Shown in pieces: positions 26,921 to 34,841 of a stretch of DNA of 64,000 nt; within the stretch, counting starts at the first letter, position 1, and every line of letters begins with the position of its first letter. Under the pieces are notes generated by a model. It was not told the DNA's origin. It saw only the letters and a program-made list of their open reading frames with translations, and searched no databases. The DNA comes from a virus (taxonomy: Duplodnaviria > Caudoviricetes): positions 1 through 64,000 of the IMG/VR virus record IMGVR_UViG_3300031993_000053, one strand, 5' to 3'. The position numbers and the translations under genes are program-made.

Positions 26921-27743
26921 ATATTTTATTGAAGAAACTTTTGATCTTTTAACAAAAGGATTTAACGATAAAGATTTTAATGTTAGGCCACATTGGTCTG
27001 ATGGAACTCCTGCTCATACAATTAAAACTTTTTGTAGAATTAATAGATATGATTTATCAAAAGAATTTCCGATCCTTACATTAAGAAAAGCTCCATTTAA
27101 TTATGCAGTAAAAGAAATATTATGGATTTTTCAAAAAAAATCAAATAATATAAATGATCTTGATAGTCATAATTGGGATTCATGGGCAGATGAAAATGGA
27201 TCAATTGGAAAAACATATGGTTATGTAGCAGGCGAAAAATATGAATATCCAGAAGGATTAATGGACCAAGTTGATAATGTTCTTTGGTGCTTAAAAAATA
27301 GACCAATGGATAGGCGAATGATAATTCAATTATTTAGACCAGAATATATAAAAGAATCTGGTTTGCCGCCATGCTTGTGTTCATATTTTTTTGATGTTGC
27401 TGGAGATAAATTAAATATGACTGTTATTATGCGTAGCTGTGATATGCTAAGTGCAGCAGGAGCTGGTGAATCTGATGAAATTGGAATGGCAATTTTACAG
27501 CATATGTTTGCGCAAGTATCTAATTTAAAAGTTGGCGAATTAGTAGTTATTAAAAATAATTTTCATGTTTATGATAGGCATTTAGATATTGTTAAAAAAA
27601 TATGTAATAATAAAGCCTATGTAGCACCAACATTTTGGATAAATCCAGAAATTAAAAATTTTTATGATTTTAAGCCTGAAGATTTTAAACTTATCGATTA
27701 TAATTATACAAAATTAGAAGAAAAAATTGAGGTAGCAATATGA
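26904..27743 (+). CDS. thymidylate-synthase-family protein with atypical specificity residues (possible dCMP methylase/hydroxymethylase)
   Basis: RPHWSDGTPAHT, FPILTLR, DRR, LPPC (catalytic Cys), MRSCD, HVYDRH; conserved Asn replaced by Asp (codon 27474-27476). Confidence 0.9.
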   Translation: MSQADKYFIEETFDLLTKGFNDKDFNVRPHWSDGTPAHTIKTFCRINRYDLSKEFPILTLRKAPFNYAVKEILWIFQKKSNNINDLDSHNWDSWADENGSIGKTYGYVAGEKYEYPEGLMDQVDNVLWCLKNRPMDRRMIIQLFRPEYIKESGLPPCLCSYFFDVAGDKLNMTVIMRSCDMLSAAGAGESDEIGMAILQHMFAQVSNLKVGELVVIKNNFHVYDRHLDIVKKICNNKAYVAPTFWINPEIKNFYDFKPEDFKLIDYNYTKLEEKIEVAI

Positions 27744-28156
27744 AAATTAAATTATTAGGTGATACTAAATGTCCTGAACGTAAAAGAAAAAATGATTGTG
27801 GTTGGGACTTTTATCTAAATGATTTTGTTTGTTTTCATAAGGGTGAAACAACAACTGTTGATACTGGCGTTTGTGTTGAGATTCCTGAAGGTTGGGCTGG
27901 ATTATTTGCATTAAGAAGCTCAATTTGTAAAACTGGTTTAACTCTTCAAAATCCATTAGTGGATAACAATTATAGAGGTGAACTTCATCTTTTAATAACG
28001 AATAATACAGATAAAGATTTTTGTTTTTATAAGGGTGATAGAATTGCATCATTATATTGTTTTCCATACTTAACTGAAGATTTAGAAATTGTTGAAGAAT
28101 TAAGTGAAACAGATCGTGGAGATAAATGGAACGGAAGTTCCAATCAGATAGCTTAG
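27740..28156 (+). CDS. trimeric dUTPase-family protein, divergent
   Basis: GWDFY, LRSS, VDNNYRGE, GDRIAS, SETDRG..NGS motifs. Confidence 0.85.
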   Translation: MKIKLLGDTKCPERKRKNDCGWDFYLNDFVCFHKGETTTVDTGVCVEIPEGWAGLFALRSSICKTGLTLQNPLVDNNYRGELHLLITNNTDKDFCFYKGDRIASLYCFPYLTEDLEIVEELSETDRGDKWNGSSNQIA

Positions 28157-28184
28157 AGGCTCTTAGCTTCGCTAGAGCTCCTAA
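28153..28184 (+). terminator. hairpin after the dUTPase-like gene
   Basis: GCTCT-TAGC TTC GCTA-GAGC stem; weak U-tract. Confidence 0.5.
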
Positions 28185-28202
28185 ACTATTTATATAAAGC
28201 CA

Positions 28203-28231
28203 TTTACAAATTTGATAAAACATGATATAAT
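28203..28231 (+). promoter_or_regulatory. sigma70-type promoter TTTACA-N17-TATAAT
   Basis: direct reading, with TG extension. Confidence 0.75.
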
Positions 28232-28240
28232 ATTTATATA

Positions 28241-28340
28241 GCCAAGACACAATTAATAAATAAAGCTTTAATTATAGCATATTATGTGAATGTGTCTTGG
28301 CGGATAAAACCATATAATATGCTATCATTAAAGCTTTATT
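28241..28340 (+). ncRNA. leader RNA with crossed A-B-A'-B' complementarity
   Basis: 28241-28251 pairs with 28291-28301; 28259-28287 pairs with 28312-28340. Confidence 0.55.
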
Positions 28341-28370
28341 TTTAATTTATAGAAAGGTTATATAAATATT

Positions 28371-29216
28371 ATGGAAAAAAATGGTTGCTACGTTTATAAA
28401 CATACTTGTATAATTACTGGAAAATCATATATTGGTTGGTGTTCAAGAAATCCAAAATATCGTTGGGGTAAAAATGGTTCAAATTATTTAGTAAAAAGTG
28501 GGGATAGATTATTTGACCATAAAAAATTTGCTCCTGCAATTTTAAAATATGGATGGAATAATTTTACACATGATATACTATTTTATAATCTTACTGAAAA
28601 AGAAGCATTAGAAAAAGAAAAAGAAATGATAATAAAATATGATTCTTTTAAAAATGGTTATAATAGCACTCTTGGTGGTGATGGTAGTACAGGTAGAAAT
28701 CATACAGAAGAATCTAAAAATAAAGTATCTGCAACAAAACTTAAATCGAGTAAAATTATTTATTGTTATAATAAATTTGGTGAATTAGTTTGCGCTATGA
28801 AAGGTTATAAACAAATTGCAAAATATTTAAATTTACCAAGCGGAGGAATTGCTGATTGTTGTATAAAAGTTAAAGACCAACATAATTCACATAGAACAGC
28901 ATATGGATATGTATTTGCAAATATAAAATTAACTAAAAATGAAATCAAAAAACGATATGAAAGTTATAAAAAGAAATTTGATTGTATTTATATGTATGAT
29001 ATTATTAGTGAAAAATTAATAAATAAATTTTATTCCTATGAAGAAGCGATTAAAAATTCTAATATATGTAGAAGTAGTATATCAGGGTGTTGTAATGGTA
29101 GAACTCGTTTTGTAAAAAATTATATTTTTTCATTTAAAGAATTATCTAAAAATGAATTATTATTAAGAAAAAAATATTTTAATATAAAACATAAAAGGGA
29201 GTTGAATAATTATTGA
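28371..29216 (+). mobile_element. free-standing GIY-YIG homing endonuclease gene with NUMOD-type DNA-binding repeats
   Basis: CYVYKHT...KSYIGW...RW...AILKYGWNNF...E...GYN..GG; two C-terminal I..CC....(TAY/V)..Y.F repeats. Confidence 0.9.
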
Positions 29217-31022
29217 ATTTAATTATCTATGATTTCGAAGTGTTTAAACGAGCGTGTTTGCTAGGAACAATTATAGTAAAAGAAACGGGAGAAGAAAAAT
29301 TATTTCAAACATGGGATTTAAATACGATCAAACAATTTTATTTAGATTATAAAGATGATTCTATTTTTGTTGGATGGAATAGTAAATATTATGATGATTT
29401 AATTTTAGAAGCAATTATTAAAAATAAAGATCCATTTGAAATATCTAAAAAAATTATCGAAAATCATGAATCATTGTGGTGTAATTTAAAATTTTATACA
29501 TATGATGTTATGAATACTGGATTTGCTAGCCAGATATCATTAAAATTAACTGAACTTATATCAGGCGATTCTGTTGAAACAACAGAAGTTGATTTTAATC
29601 TTGATAGGGATTTAACGGAAGAAGAAAAAAAATTAACTGAAAAATATAACCAAGCTGATTTAAAAAAGACCTTTTATAATTTTAAAAAAATATATGATCG
29701 TTTTGAATTAAGACTTGGAATTATTAATGATTGGAATCTTAATTTAATGAAATGTTTAAACATGACTGGTGCTCAAATAGCAGCAGAAGTGCTTCAAGCA
29801 AAAAAAGATCCATCATTAGAATTTAAACCAGTCAAACCAATTTTATATGATAATTTACAAGTTGAAAATAAACAGGCTTTAAATTATTATTTAGAAGAAA
29901 AATTTAGAATTGGTAACTATTTTGAAACAATAAAAATTGGAAATGCTGAGTTAACTCTTGGCGCAGGAGGCTTACACCAAGCCATTAAGAAGTGTTATTA
30001 TGACCGCTTAATGTACTTGGATGTGCGGCTTCGGCCGCAAATGAGTTAGCGGATATTATAATTTAATAGAAATTAATTTTGATTTGTTTTCAAGAACTAT
30101 CTCAGAAGAAGGCAAACGTCGTTATAAAATGATGTATGATCAACAAATAGAACTTAAAAAAATTAATCCAGATTCACCTAAGCGTAAACAATTTAAAACA
30201 ATTTTGTTATCTGTTTTTGGTGCACAATCTTTTGAGGGATCTGCATTTTATGACCCATATATTGGTAAATTAATTCCAATAACAGGCGAATTATTTATGA
30301 TTGACTTTCTTGAAAAAATTCACCATTTATGTACAATAGTTCAAACAAACTCTGATGGTGCAATGATTAAACCTAATTCTGATGAAGCTGAAAAAGAAAT
30401 ATTAAATATTTTAAAAAGTTGGCTAGATCGAACAAAGTTTGTAATTAAACCAAAATATATTTATGACCTTGTACAAAGAGATGTCAATAACTATGTTTAT
30501 AGAGATGAAAAAGGAAATCTTGAAGTTAAGGGTGAAGCATTAAAAAATTATAATTTTGATGATAAAGAATATTCAGCAGGAACAATATTTAATTGTAAAG
30601 AGCCTTCAATAATTGCTAAAGGTGTTGTTGATTATTTAATGTATGATATATCACCTGAAGAAACTGTTGATAAATATAAAGAAGATTTAAGATTATTTCA
30701 ATATGCTTGTAAAAAAGGTGGATATAATTATTTAACATATGATACTGTTTATTATCCATCGCGAGAAACTAGTTCATATGAAATACAAAGCCCGAGTCGT
30801 GTTTTTGCTTATAATTCTAATACTGAAGCTGGTATGGTTTATAAGCACGGTATAAATAAAAAATCTGGTAAAATATCTCAAGCTAAAGTATCTAATTTAC
30901 CAGATAATGTATTTATTTATAATGATAGTATTATTGGAAAGTATGAAGAATTAAAAGATAAAATCGATTGGCAATATTATGTTGATCGTATATATGAAAA
31001 AATAGAAAATTTTATATCATAA
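29213..31022 (+). CDS. family B DNA polymerase, interrupted by a 22-nt insert (30023-30047) in motif A
   Basis: Exo motifs YDFE, GWNSKYYD; rejoined motif A YLDV|SGYYN; motif B KRKQFKTILLSVFG; motif C QTNSDG; DVNNY. Confidence 0.88.
30023..30047 (+). other. putative ribosomal bypass element: GTG take-off, TGCGGC-TTCG-GCCGCA hairpin, GTT landing
   Basis: removing exactly 22 nt restores D-V-S-G-Y-Y-N; downstream frame opens at 30045 right after a TGA. Confidence 0.7.
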
Positions 31023-31034
31023 GGAGAATTAAAA

Positions 31035-31427
31035 ATGGCAAAAATTAATTTAGAATCAAAAATGGCCAAATTGTATGAGTTACAAACTCAATTAAAACGT
31101 GATTTAGAAGATCACAAAAAATTAGTAAAACAATATAAATTATTAATTGATATTGTTACAAAATCAAATAAAAGTAAAGATTTACCAAAAGATTTTTTAG
31201 AAGCTATTAAAAATTATTGTAAACAATCTGATGAAATTGTTAAAAAGATTAATTTACGTTTAACTTATATTGCAACATTAACAGATTGGTATGAAAAGAA
31301 AGATGAAAAATCTGTTATTGTTGATCAAGTTGTAACACTAACTTTTGAATCTCTTGGTATTATGGATGAACCTGTTCCTGCTCAAGAGCCAGCCGAGGAA
31401 CAACCAATTGAGGAAAAAGCTGAGTAA
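31035..31427 (+). CDS. coiled-coil hypothetical protein
   Basis: ORF track; aaggag RBS. Confidence 0.75.
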   Translation: MAKINLESKMAKLYELQTQLKRDLEDHKKLVKQYKLLIDIVTKSNKSKDLPKDFLEAIKNYCKQSDEIVKKINLRLTYIATLTDWYEKKDEKSVIVDQVVTLTFESLGIMDEPVPAQEPAEEQPIEEKAE

Positions 31428-31445
31428 ATTCTCAGCTTTTTATTT
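31414..31445 (+). terminator. intrinsic terminator
   Basis: AAAAAGCTGAG-TAAATT-CTCAGCTTTTT. Confidence 0.8.
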
Positions 31446-31471
31446 ACTTTTTTGTTGATTAGTGGTATAAT
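31443..31471 (+). promoter_or_regulatory. sigma70-type promoter TTTACT-N17-TATAAT
   Basis: direct reading, TGGTATAAT extended -10. Confidence 0.7.
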
Positions 31472-31479
31472 ATATTTAT

Positions 31480-31636
31480 AGGAAGAAGAAAAAAATAGAA
31501 AAGGACTAAATAAAGCTATAATTAGAGTGTTATCAAATCAAGGACTTTTTTCTATTCAAATCTTCCTTTCTATATGAATATATTATTCCTGCTAATTATA
31601 CAACATAGATTTGATAACACCCTAATTATAGTTTTT
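31480..31636 (+). ncRNA. terL leader RNA with crossed A-B-A'-B' complementarity
   Basis: 31480-31503 pairs with 31545-31568; 28-bp near-perfect 31512-31539 with 31609-31636. Confidence 0.55.
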
Positions 31637-31648
31637 TAATTTACTTAT

Positions 31649-33685
31649 ATGAAAGATAGAAATTGGTGGAAAAAATTAACAGAAATAGAGCGACTTTTAT
31701 ATAGAGAATTATACAAAAAAGACGCTTACGAATTTGTAAAAGAATTTTGGAGTGAAGTAGATCCAGTTAAATTTGTTGATAGCGTTTTAGTTAAATTTTT
31801 ATGTGAAACATTTCAATATATGGCTCGCCCATGGATAGAATATAAAGGGCCTGAAAAAGAAATTTCGGAAATAAAAATTGATGAAGAAACGGATGTTATT
31901 GATGTTAGAGAAGACAAAAATCAAATAAATATATCTCTTCCACCTCGTCATTCAAAATCAAAAATATTTAATGTCTTATGCCCAACATGGCTATTTATTA
32001 ATACACCAATAAAAGTTGCTTCAGTATCACATACTCAACAACTTGCTGGATCAATGAATATTCAAAGACAAAAATTATTAAATTCTGAAAAATTTAAATT
32101 CTTTTTTCCAGAAATATCTCTTTTAACAAATACAACTTATTCCCTTCGCGATAATCGAAATGGTGAAATGTATAGTATTCCTAAAAATGCTATTACTGGA
32201 TTTGGTTGTTCAGTTATGATAGTTGATGACTTAGTTAATGTTATGCAAGCTAAACGTGATGCGGCTGAAATGAATTCAAGTTGGATAACTTATACCGAGA
32301 CTTTACCTTCACGTATTGATGATGTTAGTAAATATATTTGGTTCAATATTATGCAAAGAATTGCACCAAATGATATTACTGGCCGTATTTTAAGCAATCC
32401 TAAACTTGCTGAAGCTTATACTTTTGTTGTTTTACCAGCTCAATTTGAAAAACATACTTATCTTGTTTGTCCAATTTCTGGTGATGTCTATGAATTTCAA
32501 AAAGATGATTATTTATGCCCAGAACGATTTGGAGATTATTCTTCAATTAGACAAAATGTAACAACGGATGTTTGGAATGCTCAATATTTGCAAAAGCCAA
32601 TTGCTGGAGATAGAACAGTTATAAAAGAAGATATGATTATAGAAAAGGATGCTTGTGATTGTCCTGAAATTGATCAAGCTGATATGATTTATGCCTCGCA
32701 TGACTTCCCTGTTAAAGATAAAGATACATCTGACTTTTTGGGTTCTGTATTAGCATATCGTGTTGGAATGAATTTATATATAAAAGATTGCTTAGAAAAA
32801 AGAATGGCCTTTGTTAGTCAAGTTGAATATGTTAAATCACTTGATAATGTCTATAAAGGTTGCATACAAATTATAGAAGATAAAGCTAACGGAACCGCAG
32901 TTATAAATCAACTGCAGGATGCCGTTGCTGGCCTACAGGCCTTTCAACCAGGAACTCAAAGTAAAATGCAAAGATTAGAATCAGCTTCACTTTATATGCA
33001 AAATGTTATATTTATTAGAAATGGATTTAATAAATTAACAACATCATATTATTTGAGTGATTCCATCAATAATCTTAAAAAGCGATTACTTAACTTCCCA
33101 TTTGTTCAACATGATGATATAGTTGATGCCTTCAGCCAATTATGTTTATTTGTCTTCATGGATCGTAAATATATGGTCTATGGAAGATCATTTAATCAAG
33201 AAAATATTATTGAAGCCACAAAAGATTATTCATATTCTACTATCTTCTTTAATAAAGAAGGAGACATTTGGAAAGTGCTAGATATTGCAATAGAATATGG
33301 AGCAATAACTAAATTAATTGTTTTAAGAGAATTAATATTTAAATCATCTCTTTCTGATGGTCTTACTAAATTAAAAGAGTTCGCTCCTGATAAAAATGTC
33401 TTTATTGATGCCTCATATTCAGAAGCTTTATCTGGAATGTATACAAAAGATGTTGTAATTGAAAAATATGTTGATGAAGACTTTGAAAAATCAGTTGCGC
33501 AATTAAATATGGCCTTTGCTAATAAAACAGTATTAATTGATAAACAATGTAAATTAGTAAAGGCGGATATTGATAATTTTAAATATGATAAGACAAAAGA
33601 TGAGCAAATGAAATTTAAAACAGAAAAAGACGGATTTGTTGCATGTATAAGAAGCGCAATGAAATATTATGGTGGTATAATATAA
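31649..33685 (+). CDS. terL: terminase large subunit with extended C-terminus
   Basis: SLPPRHSKS Walker A, MIVDDL Walker B, MQR coupling motif, YLQKP, IIEDKANG, HDDIVDAFSQ nuclease motif. Confidence 0.92.
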   Translation: MKDRNWWKKLTEIERLLYRELYKKDAYEFVKEFWSEVDPVKFVDSVLVKFLCETFQYMARPWIEYKGPEKEISEIKIDEETDVIDVREDKNQINISLPPRHSKSKIFNVLCPTWLFINTPIKVASVSHTQQLAGSMNIQRQKLLNSEKFKFFFPEISLLTNTTYSLRDNRNGEMYSIPKNAITGFGCSVMIVDDLVNVMQAKRDAAEMNSSWITYTETLPSRIDDVSKYIWFNIMQRIAPNDITGRILSNPKLAEAYTFVVLPAQFEKHTYLVCPISGDVYEFQKDDYLCPERFGDYSSIRQNVTTDVWNAQYLQKPIAGDRTVIKEDMIIEKDACDCPEIDQADMIYASHDFPVKDKDTSDFLGSVLAYRVGMNLYIKDCLEKRMAFVSQVEYVKSLDNVYKGCIQIIEDKANGTAVINQLQDAVAGLQAFQPGTQSKMQRLESASLYMQNVIFIRNGFNKLTTSYYLSDSINNLKKRLLNFPFVQHDDIVDAFSQLCLFVFMDRKYMVYGRSFNQENIIEATKDYSYSTIFFNKEGDIWKVLDIAIEYGAITKLIVLRELIFKSSLSDGLTKLKEFAPDKNVFIDASYSEALSGMYTKDVVIEKYVDEDFEKSVAQLNMAFANKTVLIDKQCKLVKADIDNFKYDKTKDEQMKFKTEKDGFVACIRSAMKYYGGII

Positions 33686-33689
33686 TCCA

Positions 33690-33866
33690 AATAATGATAG
33701 GACCAGGTTGTAGCTTTAAGTCCGTTTCATTATTAAAAACTTAAACAAAATTTCTTATGAATAGCTATGACCTCATAAGACATATGAGTTAAGACCTGTT
33801 AGGTTGGTTAGATTGTCTAGGCTCATTTATAGAGGAGCTCTGGCCTTGCCAAGAGCCTCTCTATAT
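33690..33866 (+). ncRNA. candidate four-hairpin ncRNA immediately after terL
   Basis: hairpins at 33690-33735, 33753-33780, ~33784-33826, 33829-33864; TGGTATAAT at 33673-33681. Confidence 0.45.
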
Positions 33867-33885
33867 TATTTAGCAGGAAATAATA

Positions 33886-34161
33886 ATGAGTAAAACTAAA
33901 TCAAAAAATTCTTGTCATTCATATTTAAGAGCAGTTCAAAGATGTGAATGGGATAAATTTACAGCAAAAAGAATGATGAAAAATGCTTCAAGATATGGTA
34001 AAAGTTATCAAAATCTAGAAGCTTGCGAACTAAGAGATTTTTTAAAAAGAAAACAAGATAAAACAAATAGAAGAATAAAATATTATGCTGGATATATTTT
34101 TGTATTCGCAAAAAATAGTACAAAATGTATAACAGTATATCCATATAAAGAAAGGACTTAA
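33886..34161 (+). CDS. basic hypothetical protein
   Basis: ORF track; RAVQR...IFVF...CITVY. Confidence 0.7.
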   Translation: MSKTKSKNSCHSYLRAVQRCEWDKFTAKRMMKNASRYGKSYQNLEACELRDFLKRKQDKTNRRIKYYAGYIFVFAKNSTKCITVYPYKERT

Positions 34162-34166
34162 ATAAA

Positions 34167-34547
34167 ATGGTTGTTAATGTTTTAGGAACAGAATATGAAA
34201 TTATTTTCGAAGATTTTGGTAGAGATAATCGTGATGGTTATTGTAGTGTAATTGATAAAAAGATTCATATTGATACTCAAATAACTAATGAAGATAGAAA
34301 AAGAATTGTTTTAAGACATGAAATAATGCACGCCTTCTTTTTTGAAAGTGGTTTAGAAAATTATTTTTATGATGAACAATTAATATCTTTTATAGCATTA
34401 CAATTTGATAAAATTGAAAAAGTATTTAAAGAAATAAAAATTGATCAAGATAAAATAGATCTTGATCAATGTAGAGTATGCTGCACTGAAGACGAAAAGC
34501 CATGTGATTCATGCATACATAATCCATTAAATAGAAAGGAAAAATAA
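34167..34547 (+). CDS. phage HExxH metallopeptidase-like protein
   Basis: V.VLGTEY.I...G.C....K.I.I...LRHEIMHAFFFESGL. Confidence 0.75.
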   Translation: MVVNVLGTEYEIIFEDFGRDNRDGYCSVIDKKIHIDTQITNEDRKRIVLRHEIMHAFFFESGLENYFYDEQLISFIALQFDKIEKVFKEIKIDQDKIDLDQCRVCCTEDEKPCDSCIHNPLNRKEK

Positions 34548-34548
34548 A

Positions 34549-34776
34549 ATGGATGATATTAATATAATTGTTGAAAGAGTTGTAAATGTTAAATTACATA
34601 ATAGTGATTTAATAAATTATAGAAATTGTAAATTTGAAAAATATATTGATTATAAAAATAAGCAATATTTTAAAGTTATATCAGATGATGAGAGAGAAGA
34701 ATTTATAATGCTAGTATGTATAGATCAAATTGAATATATTTATTATTCATTTAATATTAGAAATATTGAACAATAA
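34549..34776 (+). CDS. hypothetical protein
   Basis: ORF track. Confidence 0.6.
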   Translation: MDDINIIVERVVNVKLHNSDLINYRNCKFEKYIDYKNKQYFKVISDDEREEFIMLVCIDQIEYIYYSFNIRNIEQ

Positions 34777-34780
34777 AAAA

Positions 34781-34830
34781 AAATAAAAGAGAAGCTTTAA
34801 GCGTAAGCTAAAGCCTCTCTTTTTTTTTTA
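34781..34830. terminator. bidirectional terminator at the convergence of the + and - blocks
   Basis: A-tract, AGAGA-GCTTT-AGC GTAA GCT-AAAGC-TCTCT, T-tract. Confidence 0.85.
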
Positions 34831-34841
34831 TTTATATTAAA

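Noticed and set aside
30023-30044. Group II intron (insert begins GTGCG)
   Set aside because: Only 22 nt, no domain V, no AY end; far too small for a self-splicing intron.
30023-30062. Stop-codon reassignment (TAG or TGA read-through) as the explanation for the split polB
   Set aside because: Reading through TAG 30047 hits TAA three codons later in the same frame, and the downstream half is in a different frame. All three stops are used normally elsewhere (ATGA overlaps, TAG-terminated genes).
30044-30086. Simple +1 frameshift, or reinitiation at TTG 30084
   Set aside because: A +1 shift would leave RLRPQMS inside motif A, and reinitiation would drop SGYYN. Both break the catalytic motif.
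33706-33730. tracrRNA or CRISPR repeat-like text (GTTGTAGCT...AAGTCCGTT)
   Set aside because: Single short resemblance; no repeat-spacer array or cas genes in the window.
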